From the NCBI GenBank assembly GCA_964558645.1, contig CAZLEV010000001.1:61568-125567 (forward strand): 64,000 bases of DNA. Direction: 5' to 3'. Below, one piece after another: positions 1-9,843 of this stretch. Both the position numbers and the translations under genes were made by a program. Below the pieces are notes generated by a model. It did not search any database. It was not told the DNA's origin and worked only from the letters and a program-made list of their open reading frames with translations. The DNA is from an uncultured archaeon (GTDB taxonomy: Archaea; Asgardarchaeota; Thorarchaeia; Thorarchaeales; Thorarchaeaceae). The number at the start of each line of letters is the position of its first letter. The stretch's first letter is position 1.

Positions 1-825
1 GGTAATCGCTTCTATGGCTGCGGTCTACAGGTCCAGGGCCATCCTGTTCACAACTGGGCTCTGGAGGTCACCAACAACACGGTAGAAGGACGCCCTCTCG
101 GATTTTTCCACAATGTAACAGATACTATCCTTGACCTTTCAGAATACGGTCAGATTATCGTTGTTGAGTCTCGTGACTTAGTCCTGCGGAACGCACTGAT
201 TCACTGTACAGACCATGGTATTCGTCTCGGGTATTGTGACAACGTCACCGTGACTGATTGTGAGGTATTCGACTGTTCGCGGGATGGCATAATCTCACAA
301 TATTCGTCAAACTGCACTTTCTTCAACAACCTAGTCCACAGAACACTGCGAGTTGCTATCTATCTCTTCCAATGCTCGAGATGCTCAGTCCACGAAAACA
401 TAATTCGTAGGAATCTGGATGGAGTGTACCTATCGGCCACAAACAACAGCACACTATCAGGGAACGAGATTGTCCTCAATGAGCGTTATGGCATCTGTCT
501 TGGTTTTGGGAGTGATTCCAATCTTATATTCAACAACAGGCTTGGATGGAACAATCACTCAAACGGATACGACGACTCTGAGAACAACGCTTGGGACAAC
601 GGTATAGTAGGCAATGCTTGGAGTGACTATGCCGGGGAAGAAGTATATCACATTGCTGGCCCCTCGAACAGCATTGACAGATTTCCACGTCGCTATGTCA
701 CAAGCACTACTGAAACAACCAACGGTGAAGAGTTCGATGGCTTGATACTCTTCTCTTTCAGTGCTCTGCTCGTTTCTCTCATTGGTGTGGTTGTGCTCTT
801 CGCCTTCAAGAAACGATATACCTAG
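1..825 (+). CDS. NosD/CASH parallel beta-helix surface protein with C-terminal TM anchor (5'-truncated by the window edge)
   Basis: Frame 1 is open from base 1 to TAG at 825. Asn-ladder repeats (NNTVEGRPLG, NNSTLSGNEI, NAWDNGIVGNAWSDY), a short Thr-rich linker, a hydrophobic helix and a KKRYT tail. Confidence 0.8.
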   Translation, partial: GNRFYGCGLQVQGHPVHNWALEVTNNTVEGRPLGFFHNVTDTILDLSEYGQIIVVESRDLVLRNALIHCTDHGIRLGYCDNVTVTDCEVFDCSRDGIISQYSSNCTFFNNLVHRTLRVAIYLFQCSRCSVHENIIRRNLDGVYLSATNNSTLSGNEIVLNERYGICLGFGSDSNLIFNNRLGWNNHSNGYDDSENNAWDNGIVGNAWSDYAGEEVYHIAGPSNSIDRFPRRYVTSTTETTNGEEFDGLILFSFSALLVSLIGVVVLFAFKKRYT

Positions 826-846
826 AGCTCTTGGAGTCTATGGCTT

Positions 847-1686
847 TCATGGCCATATTCGTGGCGGTACATGTGGCGGAATAGAGCCGGGGAGCCACAG
901 GTTAAGGAGGGGAAGGTATGGCGCTAGAGCAATCGTGACTACTACTAGGACGGCAAATGTGAAGGTATGCACTGCTGTCACATATGTGTAGTATGGTCTG
1001 ATGTAGGAGTAGAACGCAAACGCCGGGATGGATATTGCCGCCATTGCCATTATCTCTACGGGATCAAAGAAGAAAGGCATAGAAACTGGCCATAGGAAGT
1101 AGAATACTCCCGTTATCTTCTCGCTGGAAGTTTCATGATGTGCAATTTTGTGGATTCCGTCGACTCCCTGTGAGAGGAAGAAGACAGGTATCAAGAGCCA
1201 CCACTGGAGGCCTACGAAGAACATGGGTCCTGCGTAGAAGAGAAGGTCTCCAAGGCTCTCCACTCTCTCCCAGAGGGGATTTCTTGCTATGTATTCGGTC
1301 GCCTCGGTCATATAATAGCCAATCATCTGCATCAGAACTAGAATGGGAAGGAATACGAAGGATATGACAATCATTACTACCGCCGCTCTTGGCAGTTCCG
1401 AAATCTTGCCCTCGTGGTAATTGTCCAGCGGGTAGATACCGTGTAATGTAATTGCTGTAATCAGAACAAGAATCCCACTCGGAACGAAGAATAAAGGTTG
1501 AGCGAGGTAGCTGAAGACTCCAAGGAATGAATACATGTTGCCAGTCAAGGACTCGGGAGCGAGATACCAAACGCCGAAGACTACAAGCAGTTCGGGTATC
1601 AGCATCTTCATGCGGTAGTCTTGAATGAATCTCATGATGGGCCCATGTTCGTTTTCCGTTGACGTCATTGAATGCCACCTGTACAT
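847..1686 (-). CDS. Hypothetical polytopic membrane protein
   Basis: 279-aa ORF with about 7 hydrophobic segments; no family recognised. Confidence 0.6.
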   Translation of the reverse strand: MYRWHSMTSTENEHGPIMRFIQDYRMKMLIPELLVVFGVWYLAPESLTGNMYSFLGVFSYLAQPLFFVPSGILVLITAITLHGIYPLDNYHEGKISELPRAAVVMIVISFVFLPILVLMQMIGYYMTEATEYIARNPLWERVESLGDLLFYAGPMFFVGLQWWLLIPVFFLSQGVDGIHKIAHHETSSEKITGVFYFLWPVSMPFFFDPVEIMAMAAISIPAFAFYSYIRPYYTYVTAVHTFTFAVLVVVTIALAPYLPLLNLWLPGSIPPHVPPRIWP

Positions 1687-1720
1687 CTGAGAGCCTGTCC
1701 AAGAATGGCGCCACTTAAGA

Positions 1721-2755
1721 TTATCTGGTCAAGAAGCTATCTTTCACTTCTTTGAAGACGCCATCAAATTTTCTACTCTCAGCATGTATTCTCTCGGTCA
1801 ATGCATCTGAAAGACCAGAGAGACCACACTGGGTCGAGACCATCGAGTTTTCTGTAATCAACTCAATGCTGACTCCGCTATCTGTGAATCCTTGGAAAGT
1901 GCTTTGGAGGCCTCTGCGCAGGAGTTCTATCACTGAATCAAAGAAGGCCTCCTCATTGTTCGGGATGACCCCGAGAGCGAATCCGCCGCCTCTTTCAATG
2001 AAATGATTGATTGCCTCGGATTGCTCAGATTCAAGATGCGGTGGATAATGGAGCACATCAATGTGAATTAGCCTGGCCTTCGAATCCCAGAGGAAGTAAT
2101 TGTCCCCAAATCGAAGCCGCCTCCAATCATCACAGTAGTGGTACGCTGGAATAGCCCCCTTGGGATAGACACTCTCTGTAGCTCTTGCAAGTTCCCCGAC
2201 TTCCAGACCTCCTATCCTGTTGCTCTGAATCATATTGATTGTGTGTCCAAGTGCTGGGTCGTCTTGACAGAGTATTATATTGTCGCAGAAACTTTCCAGA
2301 AACTCAACTTGCCCTGCCGCAACTCTGGCCATCAGAGATGCGAAGAAGCTGATCATGCTCTTGGAGAGTAACTGGCCACCATCGGGCCCTCTTATGGTGA
2401 AAGCCATTGTGGCGGGGGCTGTCTGTTGCGTCTTAAAATCTACGAAAGGTCCTCTTGATCGAAGCAGGTGGAGTCCATGAGCATGCTTGTTATCTGGTAT
2501 CAACGGGCTGTCGTCTTGCATGATCTCACTGTACGTATACATATCCACATCCAGAGTGAAGTCTTCCTCTTCCTCGAATCCATCAATAAGATATGCGAAT
2601 TGCCGGACCATGTCTTCCTCCTTGAACCTGGGAAGCTGGTACCAGTAAGGAACCGCCAAATCTGTGATATAGTCAAGCGGTGCAGTGTAGTCTCTTGCTC
2701 CCACGCTGCCCACCCCGAAGAACTCACCTACGAGTCTTTGCGGAACTACTTGCAT
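1721..2755 (-). CDS. Single-barrel cobalamin-independent methionine synthase-like (MetE/UROD superfamily) protein
   Basis: N-terminal GVGS, QDDP, HxC zinc motif (YHYCD) and C-terminal TQCGL motif typical of the MetE catalytic barrel. Confidence 0.6.
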   Translation of the reverse strand: MQVVPQRLVGEFFGVGSVGARDYTAPLDYITDLAVPYWYQLPRFKEEDMVRQFAYLIDGFEEEEDFTLDVDMYTYSEIMQDDSPLIPDNKHAHGLHLLRSRGPFVDFKTQQTAPATMAFTIRGPDGGQLLSKSMISFFASLMARVAAGQVEFLESFCDNIILCQDDPALGHTINMIQSNRIGGLEVGELARATESVYPKGAIPAYHYCDDWRRLRFGDNYFLWDSKARLIHIDVLHYPPHLESEQSEAINHFIERGGGFALGVIPNNEEAFFDSVIELLRRGLQSTFQGFTDSGVSIELITENSMVSTQCGLSGLSDALTERIHAESRKFDGVFKEVKDSFLTR

Positions 2756-2767
2756 CGTCGTGACAAC

Positions 2768-4483
2768 CTATTTCTTTCGGCCTTCTGCCTTTCGTCTTAC
2801 AACCCTGTTACAGGAGTTCAATGCCGGACATCCTTCGCACTCTCTTGGAACATCCTCAATCTCTTCTCCATAGAGTAGAATCTGCTCTCCCACCCCTGTG
2901 TCTGCAATTTCGGATTCGCTGGCAACATCCTTTGTTTCAGCGCGTCTTACGTGACACTTGTGTTCTTTGAGTTCTTCTGTGAACTCATCGATGTCCCCTC
3001 TGATGGCCGCAGCCATCGGTCCCACACGCCTGACTACATACTTATTGAATTCTTCAAGTAGGAGTAGATGGTCTAATTCAGCCTCAGTCTCTGTTTCAAA
3101 GAGCGTTACGTCGTCGACAGTGGCGAACATGCTTTGAGATGTCCAGTCCTGAATGGATCGGATGACGTTGTTTGGAATCGGTTTTGTGCTCTCTGCTTCA
3201 AGAAAACCGACTATCTCCTTCTCACGCATGCCCAGCTCTATCGAGTGGAAGATTGACCTCTCTGTGATTCTGAATGTGCTCACCACGTCCGTCTTTACTT
3301 GCTCAGTGAACAGCATGAGTTTGTAGAGCTTGGCGTAGTCCATCTCTGAGGTGAACACTGTGAGTTCGAAGTTCGGCTGAACGATGAATGTTTCATGTCC
3401 CTCCGTTAGCTCAAGGGTGTGCCCTCTGAGAACACTACTTCCAACCTTTGTGAGTCGAATTGCGGTAAGGTTTCCTCCACGGTAAGCCGCCTCGACTAGC
3501 CCAAGGAGAACTGGTGTTTCCAATGCAAGAGTGACTCTTTCTTCATCTACCTGTATCCATTTGAGCGGCTGCTTCTCAATAAAGAGCTCACTTCTTATCC
3601 ATTGACGCAGTTCACTTATGGAAATCCACTCTTCTGTAGAGCTATCTCTGAGCCTGCAGATGATCAGATTCAGAGTATACTCCGTCGGTTGATCCGGTGT
3701 TGCCCAAATCGCTCTTGTGCGTCCGAGCGAGGCTAAGAGAATCCGTCTTGAGGCATTGTCTTGCTTGCCAGAGAACAGGGCCTCCACTTTGGCAGGTACA
3801 ACTCTGTCTTCTTCGATAATGGCGTATGCTCCAGCTTTTCGGGCAATCTTCTGGACCAAATCAAATCTCTCTTCAGTGGACTCGGACATGGGTTTGATTA
3901 TGTCCTCCATGTCTCGCTTGGGAAACTCCCAGGAGCTGGTCATTGTAACTTCATTCTTGGCAAGATACGATACCAAGAGCAGGATGTCCACCAGAAGACT
4001 GTCGCGTTCGTCGATAATCGTATCGGCCTTTTCTGGATTATATCTGCCAGTGTCAGGCTTCTTCGAGAAATGTTCCTCTAGATATGGCAAAAAATGGTCA
4101 ATTATCTTGAACTCCGCTACTTCACGGCCATATTCGGTGAGTCTGGACATGACTCTCCTGATTATGATGCCTTTCTTTCTCAGATCACGTTCAGTTTGGT
4201 TAAGCTGGCCGTAGCTGTAGATCTTCCTATAGGGCTTGAGTCGATCATAGCTCATGGCACCGCCATTGAGACTGAGCATTCCGAGCAGGTCTAGTTCGCT
4301 GGGAGTGAATGTGGCAAAGACTCTCTCTCTAGTTTCCTCGTCGCTCATCTTCTTGGCAAGAAGCTCCGTCAACTGAGTACCTGACCGGGTGCCGCTCAGC
4401 TCGATGCCCCAATATTGGCAGGCGACCATCAGGTCTTCACGAAACATGTGTTCAAGTTCATTCTTCAGGCTTTCCTTTGCCAT
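2768..4483 (-). CDS. XPB-associated protein with Helicase_C_3 / p52(Tfb2) clutch-like domain
   Basis: FIVQPNFELTVF...FRITERSI...GM...EIVGFL...PIPNNVIRSIQDW matches the XPB-NTD/p52 clutch pattern. No helicase motifs. C-terminal CEGCPALNSC. Confidence 0.7.
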   Translation of the reverse strand: MAKESLKNELEHMFREDLMVACQYWGIELSGTRSGTQLTELLAKKMSDEETRERVFATFTPSELDLLGMLSLNGGAMSYDRLKPYRKIYSYGQLNQTERDLRKKGIIIRRVMSRLTEYGREVAEFKIIDHFLPYLEEHFSKKPDTGRYNPEKADTIIDERDSLLVDILLLVSYLAKNEVTMTSSWEFPKRDMEDIIKPMSESTEERFDLVQKIARKAGAYAIIEEDRVVPAKVEALFSGKQDNASRRILLASLGRTRAIWATPDQPTEYTLNLIICRLRDSSTEEWISISELRQWIRSELFIEKQPLKWIQVDEERVTLALETPVLLGLVEAAYRGGNLTAIRLTKVGSSVLRGHTLELTEGHETFIVQPNFELTVFTSEMDYAKLYKLMLFTEQVKTDVVSTFRITERSIFHSIELGMREKEIVGFLEAESTKPIPNNVIRSIQDWTSQSMFATVDDVTLFETETEAELDHLLLLEEFNKYVVRRVGPMAAAIRGDIDEFTEELKEHKCHVRRAETKDVASESEIADTGVGEQILLYGEEIEDVPRECEGCPALNSCNRVVRRKAEGRKK

Positions 4484-4630
4484 CTATCTGCATATCTCCT
4501 AAGAGCGAGTCGTGTAAACAAGGAGCCTCTGTTTTCTGGCTTTTGACAGTTGCGGTTTAGGGTGTTCGTTTCTTGACTATTCTCCTCAAAGACAGTTGTA
4601 CGAGAGTCAACCTTATCTTGACGGGACATC

Positions 4631-5764
4631 TTGAGGGCTCGGGTGGAAATTCTGAAGCCGCCATTATGGTGCGTGAAGTATCGTCCGGAGAAATGGATCG
4701 ATTTCATAGGCCAAGACAAAGCAATCAACAGACTGCGGGAGTTCGCTGAGAATCAGGTGTGCCCTCATATGATCTTCATGGGCCCTTACGGAACTGGTAA
4801 GACAAGCGCTGCAGAGCTCTTTGCACGCTCCTACCTGAAAGATGATTATGCGTCCAACTACATGTTCCTGAACGTTAGAGATCTGATTAACTATCCAGTG
4901 TCCAAAGCAAAGAGGAGCATCCAAAAGCTTGCCAAACTGGATCGTGGTCAGCGGACGGATTTCGATGAGTATATGTCGTTTGTCTACAGGGAGGCCAAAG
5001 ACACACTCAAGAGAAGAGGCACAAGCAGAAACCCAAACCGAAGACAGATGCTTCAGGAGGCAATCCATATCTTCGCCTCTACCATGACTGTTGTGGACGA
5101 GAGAGTCAAGCTTCTCGTACTGGATGAGGCAGATGCACTGAGCTACAGCATGCAACAAGCATTGCGCCGGACAATGGAGGTCTACAGCGATGCATGTCGG
5201 TTCATTCTCATAACTCCGAGTCTTGCAGGTTGGAGTCCTGCCATTCTGTCAAGAACCGTTATCATTCGTTTTCCTGCGGTTTCAGAGAGTGCAGCAGGAG
5301 AGCTTGTAACCAGGATAGCACAACAAGAAGATGTGAAAATTGACGATAAAGGACTCGCTGCAATATCTCGAGAATCCAAGGGCAATTTGAGAAGAGCAAC
5401 GAATCTTCTTCAGATGGCTCAGGCTGGTTCGGGTGTGGTCTCGGAAGATAGTGTCTACGAGGTCTATGAGACTGCACTAGATCGAGGAGTTCGTGAGATG
5501 GTCTCGACTTCAATCAACGGTGATTTTCTCAAGGCTCGTAAGAAACTGAGATACATGCTGACATTTGACGGGTTCTCCCCTGATGAGATAATCTTGGGAA
5601 TAAACCGGGACATCATTGCTCGCCCCTTCTCCAAAAAACTGGCATCCACACTCGTAGATCGGATTGCAGAGATAGACCATCGAATGGTACTAGCAAGAAA
5701 TCCATTCATCCAACTGGAGGCATTGCTTGCTTCGATAGCCGCCATCACCGAAGAATCCGCCTAG
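4631..5764 (+). CDS. Replication factor C small subunit-like AAA+ ATPase (divergent paralogue)
   Basis: LWCVKYRP N-terminal motif, Walker A GPYGTGKT, Walker B LVLDEAD, QQALRRTME, GNLRRA and C-terminal IQLEALLA. Confidence 0.85.
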   Translation: MRARVEILKPPLWCVKYRPEKWIDFIGQDKAINRLREFAENQVCPHMIFMGPYGTGKTSAAELFARSYLKDDYASNYMFLNVRDLINYPVSKAKRSIQKLAKLDRGQRTDFDEYMSFVYREAKDTLKRRGTSRNPNRRQMLQEAIHIFASTMTVVDERVKLLVLDEADALSYSMQQALRRTMEVYSDACRFILITPSLAGWSPAILSRTVIIRFPAVSESAAGELVTRIAQQEDVKIDDKGLAAISRESKGNLRRATNLLQMAQAGSGVVSEDSVYEVYETALDRGVREMVSTSINGDFLKARKKLRYMLTFDGFSPDEIILGINRDIIARPFSKKLASTLVDRIAEIDHRMVLARNPFIQLEALLASIAAITEESA

Positions 5765-6048
5765 AACATCGGTTCATAATCTCCGGTAAGACGAACAGAA
5801 TTCTCCATGGCAATGGCTTGATTTGGTGACAGCTCTTGACTATCGAAAAGGAATTGCGCTTCAATCATGTCACCCTTCCTATCCAGTATGCCCTTCATCT
5901 TTGCCGCCGTTAGCATCCGTCTGATATCGCTGGGATAACCATACCGCCACCTGAATGAGAGGTACTCAACAGCCTCTTCCAATTCAACCGATGAACCAAT
6001 GGTCCTGAAGAGGTGCGCCAGTATGAGGATTATCTCACGTCCCATCAT
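5761..6048 (-). CDS. Small archaeal hypothetical protein (DUF2240-like winged helix)
   Basis: 95 aa; LSFRWRYGYPSDIRRML resembles DUF2240. Converges on the RFC-like gene with a 4-nt overlap. Confidence 0.5.
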   Translation of the reverse strand: MMGREIILILAHLFRTIGSSVELEEAVEYLSFRWRYGYPSDIRRMLTAAKMKGILDRKGDMIEAQFLFDSQELSPNQAIAMENSVRLTGDYEPMF

Positions 6049-7072
6049 ACGCCTAGCTCATTTACACAGTTTAATTAGCTTAATGAAGCCGGATGCACAT
6101 GACACGAATATGAGCAAGGAACTCCTCTCTGTTCATGGTCTATCTCTTGATGAGATCGGGAACCAAATCACGTCGGCGGTTGGTTGCTCTAATGACATTC
6201 ATTTCAACAGACGTCCCATTGGGGGCTGGACAAATATCAACCTTCTTGCAGAGTCCGACTCGAAGAGATATGTTGTGAAACTACCTGGGTTACGAGAGCC
6301 CAATGATCACAACCCCTATGAGTCTCAGTTCAAGGTATATGACCACTTCTCCAGACTTGGATTAAGCCCGGAACCAATCGCCTTCGGAAGACTTGACTCC
6401 AAATTGAGGACGCCGTTCTTGGTGCTCAGGTTTGTGGAGGGCGAAATAGTGCCACATTTCGCGAGGATGACATCGAAGCAGCTCTCTATGATGAAGGCTG
6501 CCATGATGACCTTCTCTCAGAATCCGATAGATGGCCTCCATGAATTCGAATCATCCGAGGCCTACGCCAAGTACCTTCTCAACAGGCTCACTGATGCCTT
6601 AAACCGTTATCCGATTTCTTCAACTTCTATGGTCGATGAGGGCAGAAGACTTCAAAGAATGACGGATTGTCTGGATGCGGAGGGGCTCTTGCAAGATGAT
6701 TGGCCTTGTGATATCATGCACGGCGACTTTCAAGAAGCGAATGTAGTCTTCACTGAGTCCAAAGCAGTCTTGCTTGACTTCGAAGAAACCTGCATAGGCA
6801 ACTCTCTGTTTGACATCGCATATCTTCTGGTGCAAAACCCTCTACACAATCTGACGGACAAAATCCCTTCAATACTGTCTGAAGGCAAAGAGAGAAGGAT
6901 TCGAGGGCTCTTCCCACTTGCTCTTCTCTCCGTGATATCATGGACCATTAGACGAATTGTGCAAACCAAATCTAGAGCAATTGAGGAGAGTCTGGCTGAT
7001 TCCCATACTGTGAAAGACTTGGAGGTCTACCTGCACTCAAAGATGCGGGCCTTTGAGATTCTTGTACCGTGA
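5999..7072 (+). CDS. Aminoglycoside phosphotransferase / choline kinase family protein (true start probably near 6083-6110)
   Basis: GGWTN loop, YVVKLP, Brenner motif HGDFQEAN and LLDFEE. Confidence 0.8.
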   Translation: MVLKRCASMRIISRPIIRLAHLHSLISLMKPDAHDTNMSKELLSVHGLSLDEIGNQITSAVGCSNDIHFNRRPIGGWTNINLLAESDSKRYVVKLPGLREPNDHNPYESQFKVYDHFSRLGLSPEPIAFGRLDSKLRTPFLVLRFVEGEIVPHFARMTSKQLSMMKAAMMTFSQNPIDGLHEFESSEAYAKYLLNRLTDALNRYPISSTSMVDEGRRLQRMTDCLDAEGLLQDDWPCDIMHGDFQEANVVFTESKAVLLDFEETCIGNSLFDIAYLLVQNPLHNLTDKIPSILSEGKERRIRGLFPLALLSVISWTIRRIVQTKSRAIEESLADSHTVKDLEVYLHSKMRAFEILVP

Positions 7073-7118
7073 GGAAGAAACTGATGTGATTCGTTGGAGC
7101 AATCTGTAAATATGCCCG

Positions 7119-7976
7119 TTGACCAAGTATGTCCTGTCCAAGGTGGATGCCATGAGTTTCAGAGAACTACTCGAAGAAGGGACTGGGTCGTATTTCACGG
7201 GCATAAAGACTCTGGATGATGAGATTCCTGATGGATTCCCGCGGAATAACTTCGGAGTTATTCGTGGACCTGGGGGTGGCGGCAAGTCAGTCTTCCTGAA
7301 CGAGATGGCAAAGTCTATGATGCACTCAGGGCGACCAGTGATCTACGTCTGTTTCGAGGACACCCCGCTTTCCGTTCTCCAAAGCCTCTGTTCTCGAGGT
7401 TGGGACTACAGCACTATGCTTGACAAAGGCATGATTGAATTGGTCGATTGTTTCTCCTCCCAGATTCTGGGAAAGACCACCAGGTATGAGCATACCCTTA
7501 CAGTAAGAAATCCCAATGACTCCGACCAGATAACTGATGCAATACGCACGCTAATCGATAAGCTTGACCCCGCACGTCTCGGTGGCATCTTTGTTGACTC
7601 AATCACGGAATTCTTCATCCAGTCGCACCCATTCAAGGCTATCAATACGATGAAGGCATGGCGTGCAACCTTCTGCAAGGAGCAACGAATTCCGCTTTGG
7701 GCCATCTATCACATGGGCCTGCAGCAGTTCTCCGCCTACGATGACACAATCACGTATTCTAGTGATGCCATATTAGACACAAGACATGAACCTGCCTTTC
7801 AGAAAGCAGGGATACTCATCAAGCAGTTCAGAGTCACCAAGGTGCGAGGAGCCCCTCATAATACTGCATGGGTCACCTTCGGAGTTGGCCCTCAGGGAAT
7901 ACGGCGAATGACTCTTGATGATATGAAAGAAATAGCACGGTCGATCACCAAATACGAGTCCCCCTCGCCTGATTAG
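7119..7976 (+). CDS. KaiC/RAD55-family RecA-superfamily ATPase
   Basis: TGIKTLD, Walker A GPGGGGKS, YVCFED, Walker B IFVDS and KVRG motif. Confidence 0.85.
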   Translation: MTKYVLSKVDAMSFRELLEEGTGSYFTGIKTLDDEIPDGFPRNNFGVIRGPGGGGKSVFLNEMAKSMMHSGRPVIYVCFEDTPLSVLQSLCSRGWDYSTMLDKGMIELVDCFSSQILGKTTRYEHTLTVRNPNDSDQITDAIRTLIDKLDPARLGGIFVDSITEFFIQSHPFKAINTMKAWRATFCKEQRIPLWAIYHMGLQQFSAYDDTITYSSDAILDTRHEPAFQKAGILIKQFRVTKVRGAPHNTAWVTFGVGPQGIRRMTLDDMKEIARSITKYESPSPD

Positions 7977-9682
7977 TGTCTGAAGAAGGTGTTGGGGTCC
8001 CTTTCCCAGATTCTCTCATCTCCAGAGGCTATGACGTACTGATAGCCCTGTTCTGTAAGGAAGAGTTGTCTCTTCGCAGCAAAGTCCATGTCTCTTGTGT
8101 CTTTGGTTATTACCGAGTAGAATCGGGCAAAGCTGCCATCCGTCTTTGGGCGAAGAATCCGTCCGAGTCGCTGAGCCTCTTCTTGTCTTGAGCCAAAAGT
8201 TCCTGAGACCTGTATAGCAACGTTGGCATCAGGGAGATCTAGAGCGAAGTTCGCGACTTTCGAAACGACCAAGACTTTGACTTTTCCCTCGCGGAAGGCA
8301 TTGTAGAGAGTCTGACGAGCATCATTACTTGTCTTCCCTGTTATCAGAGGGGCCTCAAGCGCCTCAGAAATGAGTTTGAGCTGCCTGAGATACATTCCGA
8401 TGACAAGTATGTTGTCGCCAGTGTGGTACTCCACAATCTCCTTGATCATGGCAATCTTGTCTGGATTCTCGGCTGCGATTCTGTACTTATGCCGGTCCTC
8501 GGCAAGAGCATACTTTCGTCGGAGCGATTCTGGTAGCTCGATACGCACCTCGTAGCAAACCGCGGTTGCAATCCATCCTTTATCCTCGAGGAGTTTCCAT
8601 GGCATATCGAATCTCTTCGGACCGATGAGACTGAACACTTCTTCTTCCCGTTCATCTTCTCTGACAAGGGTTGCAGTGAGCCCCAATCTTCTTGTTGCCT
8701 GAATTGTGGCTGTGACTCGAAAGACTGGTGCGGGCAGAAGATGGACCTCATCATATATGATTAGCCCCCAATTCTTGGCCTCGAAGACCTCGAAGTGCTC
8801 GAATTCGGATTCTCTTGATTTTCGATAGGTCATGATTTGGTAAGTTGCCACTGTCACAGGTCTAATCTCTTTGACATCTCCAGTGTACTCTCCTATCTGA
8901 TCTTCTGTCAGGGTGGTCTTGTCGAGGAGTTCTTCTATCCATTGACGAACGGCAACTGTGTTGGGACAGAGAATCACTGTTGAGGTCTGAAGTTCATACA
9001 TTGCTCCGATGCCTACCATGGTCTTACCGGCGCCACATGGCAGAACCACGACGCCAGAACCTCCTATGGTCGTTCCCCCTGCGTGAAACGATGCAACCGC
9101 GTCTTCTTGATAGTCTCTCAAGTTGAAGTCGTTTCCACTCAGTGTCTTCTCCCTGAGTTCAAAATGTAGTGGGTCTCCTTCCACGTACCCTGCAACATCC
9201 TCAACAGGATGACCTATCTCGATCAGTGCCTGTTTGACGAACCCTCGCTTCGTTGGGTCGACCAATATCGTAGTAGAATCAACTCTCTCAATCAGGTATT
9301 CCCGTACGTTCTTGCTCTGCCAGATTTGCTCTGCCAAATCCTCGTTGTCGCATAGTAGTAGCAGATCCTCATCCTCTTTGTACAGGCTCAACTGACCATA
9401 TCTGCTCATGTAGTCCAGAATTTCACGACTGATGTTGCCTGGGATTGGATACTTGGCATACTCTTCGAGAGACGCAATGACCTCACTCGGAGTCATACCC
9501 ACTGCAGCGGCATTCCAGAGACTGAGGGGAGTTATGCGATAGGTATGGACATACTCCGGACTCTTGACCAGTTCTGCAAATCGTGCCAGCGAGTCTCTGG
9601 CATCTTCGTATCGTTCATTGTCTACTTCAAGCAGTACTGACTTATCCGATTGAACTATGAGGGGATTCCTGGGGTCTGGCAT
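7973..9682 (-). CDS. xpb: XPB/Rad25 DNA helicase/translocase with N-terminal Helicase_C_3 domain
   Basis: LRDYQ, LPCGAGKT, DEVH, LTATLVRED (RED motif), QRLGRILRPK, plus N-terminal LIVQSDKSVLLEV...YRITPLSLWNA domain. Confidence 0.92.
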   Translation of the reverse strand: MPDPRNPLIVQSDKSVLLEVDNERYEDARDSLARFAELVKSPEYVHTYRITPLSLWNAAAVGMTPSEVIASLEEYAKYPIPGNISREILDYMSRYGQLSLYKEDEDLLLLCDNEDLAEQIWQSKNVREYLIERVDSTTILVDPTKRGFVKQALIEIGHPVEDVAGYVEGDPLHFELREKTLSGNDFNLRDYQEDAVASFHAGGTTIGGSGVVVLPCGAGKTMVGIGAMYELQTSTVILCPNTVAVRQWIEELLDKTTLTEDQIGEYTGDVKEIRPVTVATYQIMTYRKSRESEFEHFEVFEAKNWGLIIYDEVHLLPAPVFRVTATIQATRRLGLTATLVREDEREEEVFSLIGPKRFDMPWKLLEDKGWIATAVCYEVRIELPESLRRKYALAEDRHKYRIAAENPDKIAMIKEIVEYHTGDNILVIGMYLRQLKLISEALEAPLITGKTSNDARQTLYNAFREGKVKVLVVSKVANFALDLPDANVAIQVSGTFGSRQEEAQRLGRILRPKTDGSFARFYSVITKDTRDMDFAAKRQLFLTEQGYQYVIASGDERIWERDPNTFFRH

Positions 9683-9793
9683 CTACGTTCCTCGATGGGG
9701 TTATGCTGCCACATGGATGGGTCAGACAGAAACCGTGGAGGAAACCTTTACTTCAGGTATAAACCCTTCCGTGTAGACACCAATCCATTTGGT

Positions 9794-9808
9794 CATCTAT
9801 ATTAGATG
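9794..9808. promoter_or_regulatory. Perfect inverted repeat CATCTA-TAT-TAGATG in the xpb/MFS divergent promoter region (candidate operator)
   Basis: 6-bp arms seen directly in the sequence, about 35 nt upstream of the MFS start. Confidence 0.3.
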
Positions 9809-9843
9809 GATGAGATTTCTCAGCGCATATCGGGGAATTCTGG

